DNA of 63,980 bases, filler included, from Asterionella formosa (lineage: Eukaryota), in the NCBI GenBank assembly GCA_002256025.1. It is 6 parts of 6 records of this genome, joined end to end, with 100 filler letters (N's around TTAATTAATTAA, not from the genome) between each part and the next. Parts side by side here need not be neighbours in the genome. Positions count along the whole stretch, not along the records: positions 1 to 10,775 come from NKIB01009162.1; 5 more parts are not named here. One strand, 5' to 3'. Of this stretch, positions 1 through 10,875 are shown piece after piece. The notes below the pieces were generated by a model that worked only from the letters and a program-made list of their open reading frames with translations, did no database searches and was not told the origin of the DNA. The stretch's first letter is position 1. Each line of letters starts with the position of its first letter. Both the position numbers and the translations under genes were made by a program.

Positions 1-955
1 CAAGCGGAAGTGTAAGAAGAAGTGTATAGAGGATCTTGCATGTCTGTGTTGACTCATGGCAAATCAAGAATTAAGCAGGTATGTCAGCTATATATTCCAT
101 ACTGCTACATAATACGCGTAGTTTTCCTACATGGTTTTAGTAATGGAAAATTATCGAACTAGTCTGGAGGGAAGCCTGGAGGGATATGCACATGATTGTA
201 GCCAGCCCGTAACCGTTGAATTTTCGTGATACTTTTTGGGTGATACAATTTTATTTTTATTTTTGTGGAGAATGGATTTTTTCGGTTTAAATCGAGTAGC
301 CGTTACATGATACTTTTTCAAAAAAAATGATACCAAATCGAAAATGATAAGAACGACCCTAAACATACCCCCTTCCAAACTCGTTTTGAGCTTGTCAGGT
401 TTGTTAATCGACTCACACTACTCTCCTCGTCCTCGTTTCGTCCTCGTCGTCCTTCTCCATCGTTCCCTCTTTCACTACAGAATTCTCTCTGAACTCTTTT
501 TTGCATAAGATTCGCACTTGAAATTGCGCATAAATCCACAGGGCGCTTTTGATGGCGGCGGGGTTTGACATATTGAACCAGCAAAAGATGCTTGATGCTC
601 GATGCACGATACAATGACAAGTCTGAATTTCTCGTTTGAATCCTTCCATGAATTCTTCCATTCACTCAAATTGCTGCGCTAACTCCTCCTCCTTGTCCTG
701 TCGACTTGACAGAAGCTGCTCTGATGCTACCGGTACCTGGCAGTATACCAAAGTCGAATACGCGAGCGTGCGGTCACATCAGCTCTGCAAAAAAGCTTCC
801 ATGAGAGTTCTCGATATTATGTGTCCACACAATCCACTGTCCATTGTATATATCAAAATGGTTCCATTATATTTCCATCATCGGGTAGCGAAGTGTCCAA
901 GGCCTACTCTCAACAAATATGTAATTCAAAGTTGGAACATTGGATAATTATTACG

Positions 956-1464
956 AGATGATTATTTCGTGAGATCAGATCTGATTTCATCTTATCTGAT
1001 CTGCTCAGCCACTATGTGAGTTTTTGATGATCAGTGTAGGTACCCGATCAAAAGCCTATTCGATTTTTGTACGCCCAGTCCGGTGTGGCAAGCATGCTCA
1101 ATTCATTGAACTCTGGAGATTGCGTTGACAAAAACAAACTCATGTCTGGTTGGAAAAGAGCCTTCGGGGATTTTCCCTCTTATTGAAAACATTTAATTTA
1201 AATGTTGGTTCCCTGGGAGATCATGCTACGGCAGGTGAGAAACTGTTGCCTGCCACCAAGCCTGTTGGTGCCCCGTTTTTAAATCAGTTACAGTTGCTAA
1301 GGTCTTGAATCGCAACAAGTGTCGCTCACTATATTCGTTGTCTAAAACCCTAAAACCCAATGATGATGCTCTCATTCAAGACTACCGATACCGATAAAAT
1401 GAAATAACTCCAATCGTTCTATAGCTTCTATAAGACAAAGTAATCATCATGTCATACCCGAAAA
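956..1464. repeat. ~510-bp dispersed direct repeat, copy 1 (carries a myosin motor-domain fragment)
   Basis: Colinear with 3680-4265 from 'gatgattatttcgtgagatcagat' to 'taatcatcat(g/a)tcatacccgaaaa', differing by scattered substitutions and small indels. Confidence 0.95.
1069..1385 (+). pseudogene. Myosin head (motor domain) fragment, copy 1
   Basis: Translation across frameshifts gives YA..., CVDKNK, PVGAPFLNQLQLLRS*IATSVAHYIRCLKP(dup)NDDALIQDY. This matches the myosin series HYAG / F(L/V)EKNKD / VG.QF..QL..L / HYIRC(I/L)KPN. It has an in-frame TGA and an 8-nt 'taaaaccc' duplication. Confidence 0.8.
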
Positions 1465-2848
1465 TAAGTTAAACGATGACCACCATTTCCCACGTTGGGT
1501 CATTATGCTAAGTGATTCATTACCATTTTCTTGAACACCAGCATTGGATGAGTGCTTTTGCATAGCAGATTCAATGGCGACTTTTCCACCAACATTGGAA
1601 ATCCTCAACTGATTGTGGTCATTATTATTTGCCAAGTTACAAAGTGCTAGACAACCATACTTTTGCACATTAGCATTGTCTAAATGAAACTTCATCGCAG
1701 ACAGAATCGTAGTGATACCTCCTTCTGCAGCAACGGTCACCCTGTTATTGTCATTCATAGCCAACTTCCAAAGTGTTCTACAGTTATATTCTTGCTCATC
1801 CGCATTGGATTCATAAGTCTTCATCCCAGACAGAATCAAAGTGATATCTTCTGCGACAGCACCAAACATGTTTTTCAAGTCGACAGAGATAAATATGACT
1901 TGATTTTCATAATTTGCCAAATCACAAAGCACACGCTTTTTGAGCGCAAAACGCCAAGTTCTGGATTTCAGTACGTCCTTGTCAAACTCTTCCAAGCAAT
2001 GGCGCATCATACCTTTTCTTTCCAGATCTTCAACAAACTCTTTAAAATCCTTCAGCTTGTTCAGATCGAACCCAGACTTCTTGTATTCCTTCAGACCCTC
2101 AGCAGGTGATGATTTATTCACTTCATCAAGAAAATTCTTGACATTGAGCACAACATCACCTGGAAGCGTGGGAATAGGAAACCCACATGCTTTTGCCAAT
2201 CCCCCAGCCGCATTCCATAGCATTGCAACAATCACTCCAACAGCACAAACCTTGGCCCCTATCTCTGCAAACTTGTTGATTTGATTCTGATATTTTTTCG
2301 TTTCGATTTTGTATGAGACAACTGACTGGAGCGTCAGCCCACACAGCAACTGCAGATATTCTACTTCAGTTTTCCTAAAGTCGCAGGCAACATTCAAATA
2401 ACTCACGAGCTCGACCAATAACCTCTTCTGTTTCCTTCACTGCACCGCGAGCTCGTTTTCTCAATGATTGCTCGGGCATCAATGTGCTCTTGAATGTTTT
2501 AAACTCATCAGCAGTGAGAAGGTTAAAGATGTATGGGAATTCCACCTCTTCAAGTTGGTCCATCAACTCAGGGATTTGGCCGTTGCTCAACTGTATGTAT
2601 TGGAGTATCACAGACTGGGCATGCAGCAAACTATTATTTTCAAGTGCGAGAACCTTGGTTTCAACCATGACATCCTTGGTTTCATCAGGGATTTGGGGCA
2701 CGACATTCTTGATTTCATCCAGCACGGATTCATTGTCATCAAATTTACTATTAATATACTTCCAACCATGATAGGTAGCTTGTACGCCATACTCATTCGT
2801 AGTTGAAGCATCATGGGTAGGGGCGTATGAAACTGCAGACAATGACAT
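1447..2848 (-). pseudogene. Frameshifted gene: unknown N-terminus + Roco/COR C-terminal-like segment + ~3 armadillo repeats
   Basis: Two overlapping ORFs (2375-2848 and 1447-2418). The C-terminal part has clear ARM repeats (AAEGGITTILSAMKFHLDNANVQKYGCLALCNLA). The middle (YLQLLCGLT..SYKI..GVIVAMLWNAAGGLAKACGFPIP..LKKRV) resembles the C-terminal lobe of algal Roco proteins. Could be an intact gene with a sequencing error. Confidence 0.6.
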
Positions 2849-3185
2849 GTTTGAATTGTTCTCGTTGCTTGCTTTGGTTGTTTGTCATCGCACGTGTGAT
2901 GAAACGCCGTTTTCTTTGTGGGAGTTTTTGTAATTCTTGAGACTCTACCATCTGTCGTTGAATTCTACATGCAAGCTACAAATTCATTCAGTGATCAAAA
3001 GCATGCCGGAACTTGTGGTTTTTATTATACTCCGTAATTTAAACCTATTAATATCTCCACGTACTTTTCGGCCCTGGTACCAGGCAAGCTGCGGTCATTT
3101 TGCTTATACTAACAGTTTAATCTGGGATAAAAATAGCTAAATCTTTAGTTTCTGCAAAATTACCGCAACGTGCACAGGTACCAGG

Positions 3186-3660
3186 TGAAGAATCTAACTA
3201 GAAGTAGTAGTATTTATTGAATACCTTTTTAATTAATCCTTATGTACAACTCATTTCCTGAACTGACATCAAAGTATAGAATGGGTGTTAGTCGAGTTCT
3301 CTTATTATTGAATTCCGAAATATTTGATATAACCCTAACCCTATGTACATCTGTATCAATGTGCAGGATTGCTCACTCTCCCACACTTGAGGGAAAACCT
3401 TTTATGGCATGTATTTGAATAATAGTATAAGGACCTCGTCCACGATCATCCAAAGTAGTAGGATTATCCAATAATATTAAAATCTCGTCACCCACTTTGT
3501 AATCATAAGATCGACGACGGAAATTAGCATGACATAGACATTTGTCAATTATCACTTGTCGACGTTGATATATTAATTGTAAATCTGTAATCAAAGGAAT
3601 ATTTAATATCATATCACGTTGAAAAACCCGTGCTCCTGGTGAAATATGTAATATACTATG
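3186..3660 (-). mobile_element. Ty3/Gypsy LTR-retrotransposon 3' relic (integrase C-terminus, PPT, putative 3' LTR 3186-3375)
   Basis: Minus-strand peptide HISPGARVFQRDMILNIPLITDLQLIYQRRQ..DYKVGDEILIL..RGRGPYTIIQIH carries a GPY/F-type integrase tail. It is followed by purine-rich 'gtgggagag' and a 190-bp segment with TGA...TCA termini. Confidence 0.75.
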
Positions 3661-3679
3661 ATTTTTGATTTTTATTACA

Positions 3680-4265
3680 AGATGATTATTTCGTGAGATC
3701 AGATCAGATCTGATCTCATTTCATTTCATCTGATCTGATCTGATCTCATCTGATCTGATCTCATTTCATCTGATCTGATTTCATTTTATTTCATCTTCTC
3801 TGATCTGCTCACTATTTGAGTTTGTGATGAACAGTGTAGGTACCCGATCAAAAGCCTATTCGATACTTGTACGCCTGGTCCGGTGTGGCAAGCATGCTCG
3901 ATTCATTGAACTCTGGAGATTACGTTGACATAAACAAACTCATGTCTGGTTGGAAAAGAGCCTTCGGGGATTTTTCCCTCTTATTGAAAAAATTTAATTT
4001 ATATGTTTGTTCCCTGGGAGATCACGGTACGGCGAGTGAGAAACTGTTGCCTGCCACTAAGCCTGTTGGTGCCCAGTTTTTAAATCAGTTACGGTCGCTA
4101 AGGTCTTGAATCGCAACAAGTGTCATTCACTATATTCGTGGTCTAAAACCCTAAAACCCAATGATGATGCTCTCATTCAAGACTACCGATACCGATAAAA
4201 TGAAATAACTCCAATCGTTCTATAGCTTCTATAAGACAAAGTAATCATCATATCATACCCGAAAA
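3680..4265. repeat. Dispersed direct repeat, copy 2 (myosin fragment at ~3870-4185; expanded pentamer tract at 3695-3808)
   Basis: Matches 956-1464. Encodes YA(fs)GPV..DYVDINK..PVGAQFLNQLRSLRS*IATSVIHYIRGLKP and shares the stop and the 8-nt duplication with copy 1. Confidence 0.95.
3695..3808. repeat. Mixed pentamer microsatellite (ATCTG/ATCTC/ATTTC)n
   Basis: Directly visible; much longer than the equivalent tract in copy 1 (~972-1003). Confidence 0.9.
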
Positions 4266-4620
4266 AAAGGTAATGCCTACTACTATAATACAAAATGGTC
4301 CACGAAAAGAAAAGCTTCATAGCTCTATAGCTCTATAACAAAACATTGTTGTAATTCGCCGTATGATTCGTTTGTTAGAACGGTCTACCTGTTGTGAGAT
4401 GAGACCAGAAGAAGACAATTGAACTCAAGGGCATACCCCTGTAGGGGTTACTGGGTCCCAAACCAGTTGTTACTTGAACGATCGAGTGTGTCTTCTAAGG
4501 AAACATTTCACAGCAAGCCAACCGAACTTGATAGAATTTCATGTTTTTTTTGTTGTATTGTTAGTTTTTGTTCCTCATTCAGTAGTTTTGTTCTGTTCAG
4601 TTCAAGTGGTGTAGACAATA

Positions 4621-5945
4621 CATTTACAATAGCATTCACACTGATATCTTTTATACACACTTGCATTCTGTCTTCATTGTCGGAAATGTATTAAGCAACC
4701 TTTCTTGCTTTCACTTGAGGTACCAATCCGTCTCCAGGAGGTGCATAGTAGGGATGCAGTGAGACAGTCGGCAGCCATTGAAGCTTGAATACTTTCGCTG
4801 GCAAAATGTCGGCTGGATTCTCACTCAGACGTGGGGACTTCATAATTTGCACAGGGTAAGAACAGATTGAAGACTTCGTACTTTCCAGTACAAGGTCTGA
4901 CATTGCTTTTACAATAGCAGTCACACTGATATCTTTCATACAAACTTGCCTTCTGTCTTCATTGTCGGAAATGTATTGAGCAACCTTTCTTGCAACCACA
5001 CCGCCCAGCATAGCCTTAATCTCCATCTTTCTTGATTTCCATGATTTGCGAGAAAAGTAGCAATGTACCGGTAGGAACCATAAATCATCTCATCCCATGT
5101 GGCATTCCTTGGCTGGCCTGTAATCCACCCAGTAATCCGTATGCAGAGGACGAGCATAAGATGATCCCCTATAGACTTTCGGTGCAACAGAAACTGAGCT
5201 TGCTTTCACTTAAGGTACCAATCCGTCTCCAGGAGGTGCATAGTAGGGATGCAGTGAGACAGTCGGCAGCCATGTAAGCTTGAATACTTTCGCTGGCAAA
5301 ATGTCGGCTGGATTCTCACTCAGACGTGGGGACTTCATAATTTGTACAGGGTAAGAACAGATTGACGACTTTGCACTTTCCAGTACAAGGTCTGACATTG
5401 CTTTTACAATAGCAGTCACACTGATATCTTTCATACAAACTTGCCTTCTGTCTTCATTGTCGGAAATGTATTGAGCAACCTTTCTTGCAACCACACCGCC
5501 CAGCATAGCCTTAATCTCCATCTTTCTTGATTTCCATGATTTGCGAGAAAAGTAGCAATGTACCGGTAGGAACCATAAATCATCTCATCCCATGTGGCAT
5601 TCCTTGGCTGGCCTGTAATCCACCCAGTAATCCGTATGCAGAGGACGAGCATAAGATGATCCCCTATAGACTTTCGGTGCAACAGAAACTGAGCTTGCTT
5701 TCACTTAAGGTACCAATCCGTCTCCAGGAGGTGCATAGTAGGGATGCAGTGAGACAGTCGGCAGCCATGTAAGCTTGAATACTGTTGCTGGCAAACCTTC
5801 GGCTGGATTCTCACTCAGACGAGGGGACTTCATAATTTGTACAGGGTAAGAACAGATTGACGACTTTGTACTTTTCAGTACAAGGTCTGGCATTGCATTT
5901 ACAATAGCAGTCACACTGGCATCCTTCATACAAACTTGTATTTTG
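4621..5945. repeat. 495-bp tandem repeat array (two near-identical full units, one diverged partial unit and one short partial unit)
   Basis: The marker 'cttgctttcactt(g/a)aggtaccaatccgtctcc' recurs at ~4704, ~5199 and ~5694 (period 495). 4621-4708 repeats part of the unit. Confidence 0.95.
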
Positions 5946-6062
5946 CCTTCATCAGCAATCCATTTCTCAATATTCCCATCCAATTCTCCAAACACTTCCC
6001 CCAACACAGCCCCTGACACGAAACTCAACACTTCCGCCAAATCCAACCCCAAGATCGACCCA

Positions 6063-6240
6063 TATGCCAAAAATTGCGACAAGAACGAAGCCCCCGACAA
6101 GACAAACACAAACACATACCCAAGCAATTGCACCAACAACCTCGTGGTCCCCAACACATAGTATGCCAACAAGTACGACAAGAACGAAGCCCCTGACAAG
6201 ACAAACACAAACACATACCCAAGCAATTGCACAAACAACG
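6063..6240. repeat. 99-bp tandem duplication encoding L(L/F)VQLLGYVFVFVLSGASFLS x2
   Basis: 'cgacaagaacgaagccc..gacaagacaaacacaaacacatacccaagcaattgcac' occurs at 6077 and 6176. Confidence 0.9.
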
Positions 6241-6265
6241 TGTTCCCCGACACATCATCCCCCAA

Positions 6266-6543
6266 TGTTGGAGAAATTATTTTAGGAAAGAAAATCCCGG
6301 TAAAAATTACCTACTACATGTTCAATCGAATGAATCAAAAAAGAATATGGTACCAGACAGAACAACTCAGAATTCGAAAACAATCTGCATTGCCAGTAAA
6401 ACCCATAATTCTACTAAAACTCTTAGGAATGATTACAATCGATTACGGATACATCGTTGTTCATATCTACAGCCTATTTGGTCCCTGATGTGTCCTTACA
6501 GGATACAAGAAAGCATAGGGTGCTTCGGGACACAATTTCAACA
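6266..6543 (+). repeat. Putative 5' LTR of Copia element 1
   Basis: Begins TGTTG and ends CAACA (an alternative CAACA end lies at 6596), directly upstream of gag. The partner LTR is not in the window. Confidence 0.6.
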
Positions 6544-9500
6544 GTTTTAGTAGAATTAACCGGCCAGGAAGGGTCGTGATATCACAATCAACAACAGGTA
6601 GACCGTTGAGAGTCCGGAGACAAGATTTGAGGGTACCAGACCATCCAGAGTCTGAAGAAGTCGCACAAGGCGCATCATGAGTGGCAGAGGAAAGTTGACC
6701 AAGAGGACTCAGGCCAAGGGCAAGTTTCAAGCCAAGGGAGGAAGCAACAATGCTTCTCACACCATCAAGAAGTCAGTTAATGACTATAACTACTACCTCA
6801 GATCAGCCAAGCAGGCATCTGACTATGAGACTACTACTGAGTATCTCATCAACTACGTCAAGAAAGTGTTCGATTATGGCAGCAACATTGGAATCGCGCT
6901 CAAGTCATTAGAACCAATCAACACGTCGGTATGGAAGCCAAGAACGCAAGTGAGCATTGCAACAACAGAACAAGATCACGCTGCAGAGAATCGGCAATTT
7001 GAGATCGAGTTTAAGGCCAATTATGACACTTACAGTAAAAAGGTACAGGCCTACGAAAATAATAATACCAAGGCATATGCGTTGCTCTGGGAAAGATGCA
7101 ACAAAGCCATGAAGAACAAGATTGAAGCAAGATCCGATTACAATAGGATCGAAAATAACCCAATAACATTGCTCAAGGCAATTAAAGAAAACGCACTAAA
7201 TTTTCAATAGAATCGATATTCAATGTCGATCATTTTAGATGCAATGAGAACGCTTTTGTTTACAAAGCAGAAAGAAGGAGAAAGTCTACAAGACTACACC
7301 AAGAGATTTTTTGTGGCACAAGATGTGCTCAAGTCACACATGGGAGGACCCATTATCCTCACCAAGTTCGTTGAAGCCATGGACAGATACAACAAGACCA
7401 ACATCAAGCTACGAGATAAATTTTGTGAACAAGCTTTCAGTCAATTTATGGCCTATTTATACCTTGATAATGCGGATAAAGCCAAATATGCATCAATTAT
7501 GACCGGGCTGAACACTCAACAGTCGCTTGGCAATGATCAATACCCGAAGAGTATCACCGAATCAAATAATGTTCTCAGCAACCATCGGTTTGATGTAACA
7601 AATAAACCCAACAGTCACAAGAAACCAGGAGACCCCAATAAAGACAGAGAACAAAATGATGCAGGGAAGGAGGATGAAGATGTGAACTTATCGTTTGCAC
7701 AGTTAGAAGGAAAATGTTACTGCTGCGGAAAAGCAGGTCACAAATCTCTTTCGTGCTGAGACAAGAACAAACCCAAAGAGGAATGGGCTATCAACAGGGC
7801 CCAAAGCCATGCACAGGCACAGGCTAATACATCCGACACAAGTACAGTTACCACTGTTAATTCCAATAACCCGCCATCATTGCAAGCTTAACAACAAGCA
7901 AATATCAATCAATTTGGATAGACAGGAGCTCATATGAAACTGCAATTTTACCAAGCATCTGAGATGCGTGACTGGATACTATTAGATAATCAATCAAGTG
8001 TCACAGTCTTTTGCAATCCAAAAATGGTTGAAAGCATTCGTATGTCAACCAACGGAAGCATGCACCTGGCCACAAATGGTGGATCCATGGTGAATAATAT
8101 GAAGGCTGATCTTCCAAAATGAAGAGAAGTGTGCATGGTTTAATGAAAAGGCAATCACAAACATCTTCAGTTATGCCGAAATGGCAGATAGGTACAGAAT
8201 TACCTACGACTCTAAAAAAGAAGATGCATTCATTGTTCATTTGCCTGACAAACCAGGTCGATTCGAAAGAACTGGAATGAACTTATATGTTTTCAAGCCT
8301 CCTACAACAATCAAGGTGGAGAATGCTCAAATGTTGAATACAGTTGAAGAGAACAAAACATTCTACACTGAACGTCAATTTGAGAGAGCCAAGCGAGCTC
8401 GTGATCTATTCCATGCCTTGGGTACGCCATCAACTAATGATTTCAAGGCAATTATTTGTATGAATACAATCAACAATAATCCAGTGACTACCGATGATAT
8501 CAAAATTGCAGAGAAAATTTATCACTATAAGGCAAGACAACTCGTTGCAAGCCGCTGCCAGTCGTGAACAACTACATCGAGATTCCTAAAGAGCTTATCA
8601 GAGCTTGAGCTTATCCAAGCTCAACGTGAAGTGACTCTTTGCATGGATGGAATGAAAGTCAATGGACAATCATTTCTCACAACAATTTCTCGAAACATTA
8701 TGTATATACAGCGCAATGGTTCAAGAATCAGACAGCTGATGTATATCGAGATGCTTTGACTCAGGTATTCCGTTTTTATAATACCGGATGATTTAAAATT
8801 ACAAGAATCCGCTGTGATAACGAGTTTCGACCTTTGATGGAACAGCTTTCCAATGAACTTCAAGTCACTATGAACTATGCAAACCCACAAGAACATGTTC
8901 TTGAAGCAGAAAAAAATAATCGAGTGATTAAAGAATGCGTGCGCGCAGCTTATCATCGATTACCTTTCAAACATTTGCCAAGACTGATGATTAAGATTCT
9001 AGTCACAGAATCTGCAAAGAAAATGAATTTCTTTCCGGCAAAGAATGGGATATCCCCGTATTACAGTCCTCGTATGATTTTACATCAATGAAACCTGGAC
9101 TATGCTCGACATTGCCAGTATACATTTGGCACTTATGTCCAAGCACATGAAGAACCAGCATTTTCAAACACTAATTCACCACGCAGCCTAGATTGCATTT
9201 ATCTACGCTACAATGACAACGTGCAAGGAGGTCATGAATTATTACACCAACCTACAAATTCATTGATCACTAGAGGAACAGTTACTCCAATACCACTTAC
9301 CCCAGCAATCATGAATCAAGTACACACCCTTGCTGTGAAAGAAAATATGCCAGATGGTCTCAAGATAGCAAATCGAACGGGACAAGTATTTTATGATAGT
9401 GCTTGCATTGCAGGAGTGGATTATGATAATGAAGCATTTGAAGATGCACAAGATGACAATTATGAAGATCAACAAGCTAGTGAGGACGATGAAAGCAATG

Positions 9501-10775
9501 ATGAAAATCTCGGAGAAGATTATGATGAAATGACTCCGGATGAAATATATGAAGCAGAACAGCTTGAATTAAACAATATCCAAGAGGATGACCCTGAACC
9601 TGAGGGCAACAATGAACATAATGTTGAAATAAATGCAGATGAGATCCAAGATTAGGATGAAGAACCAGTAAATGAAACTGAAAATGAAGAGGCAATGTTA
9701 GTAGTCAATCCAAGCACTGAGGATGACACAGACCCAAATGTTAGAACTACAAGGTCTGGAAGAGTCTCAAGACCGCCATCAAAACTAACTATGGTCCAAC
9801 ATAATTTGCATACCCAAGCACACTGTCGAGAAGAATACACGACTGATAATGCAAAAGTGATCGCAAAGACAATGTGTTATATGAATGAGATGTGTATCGA
9901 TAAAGAAGCATTTCATTTTGTTCAGTCATACAGCTTAAGGAATTGACTCAAAAAATTTGGCCAGAAAGGAAGAGACGCTGCTTATAAAGAAATGAAACAA
10001 CTACATGATAGAGTTGTATTTGAAACAATTAGGATTGAAGACCTAACCGATATCGAAAAGCGACGTGCAATGGAAAGTCTAATTCTTTTGGTTGAAAAGA
10101 GAGACAAGAGCATTAAAGGCAGAGCATGTGCCAATGGCAGTTCGCAACGTGAATACATGGAAAGAGATGAAGCAGCTAGTCCAACCACCATGACTGAATC
10201 TGTAATGATAACAGCAACAATTGATGTGAAGCAAAATCGCGATGTTATGACTGCAGATATACCCAATGCATCTGTTCAAGTGGATATCGATGAGAAAGAA
10301 AAAGGGGAGCGAATCATTATGAAGATTTAGTAAATATGTTGACAGAACTCAGCCCCGAGACTTATGAAAAATATGTTGTTTATGAAGGGAACAACAAGGT
10401 CCTATATGTTAGGATGATCAAGGAAATTTATGGCATATTACAGTCATCATTATTCTATTACAAGAAATTTCGGAAGGATATTGAGTCAATTGGATTCAAG
10501 GTCAATCCATATGATCCATGCGTTGCAAATCGCATTGTTAATGGCAAACAGCACACAGTTACTTGGTGGCACATAGACAATTTGAAATCAAGTCACGTGG
10601 ACAGCAAAGTGAATGTTCAATTTTTGGAATGGCTCAAAAAGAAATACGCTTCTGACGAAATTGGTGAAGTCAAGGTCATGCGTGGAAAGAAGCATGATTA
10701 TTTGGCAATGACACTAGATTACTCTCTTCCAGGAGTGTTGAGGGTGGACATGACCAAAAATGTGATATCAATGAT
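6266..10775 (+). mobile_element. Ty1/Copia LTR retrotransposon (diatom CoDi-like), degenerate, truncated by scaffold end
   Basis: Gag 6677-7759 with CYCCGKAGHKSLSC knuckle; protease WILLDNQSS (~7970); integrase RCDNEF..NPQEHV.EAE.NNRVIKE (~8810-8940); acidic linker; RT KGRACANG, ADIPNA, YG.LQSSL, NPYDPCVAN, WHIDNLKSSH. The PR-IN-RT order identifies Copia. Many stops and frameshifts. Confidence 0.95.
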
Positions 10776-10875
10776 NNNNNNNNNNNNNNNNNNNNNNNNN
10801 NNNNNNNNNNNNNNNNNNNTTAATTAATTAANNNNNNNNNNNNNNNNNNNNNNNNNNNNNNNNNNNNNNNNNNNN
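10776..10875. other. Artificial scaffold linker N44-TTAATTAATTAA-N44
   Basis: Exactly 100 nt with a six-frame stop core; the same linker occurs at 21641, 32480, 43317 and 54149. Confidence 0.97.

Larger units (their letters stand above)
4507..6265 (-). pseudogene. Decayed gene of unknown family: 33-aa hydrophobic repeat x2 followed by in-frame 165-aa tandem repeats
   Basis: ORFs 5705-6265, 5210-5521 and 4691-5026 share one frame, broken only by single TAA/TGA codons. The 5' end abuts the Copia LTR at 6266. Confidence 0.65.

Noticed and set aside
151..947. Short ORFs at the window start
   Set aside because: Several frames are broken by stops and show no recognisable motif; possibly decayed TE sequence, but not supportable.
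2375..2406. 32-nt GTGAGT..TTTAG mini-intron that might join the two ORFs of the ARM gene
   Set aside because: Splicing it gives CGA AAA CTG AAG TAG, which is the wrong frame, and it is far shorter than the ~100-nt introns elsewhere in the window.
3330..3343. Telomere-like TAACCCTAACCCTA (and TAAAACCC x2 at ~1343 and ~4144)
   Set aside because: Only two units each, inside an LTR or arising from a local duplication in the myosin fragment.
10820..10831. Palindromic TTAATTAATTAA recurring about every 10.8 kb
   Set aside because: Synthetic six-frame-stop linker between scaffolds.
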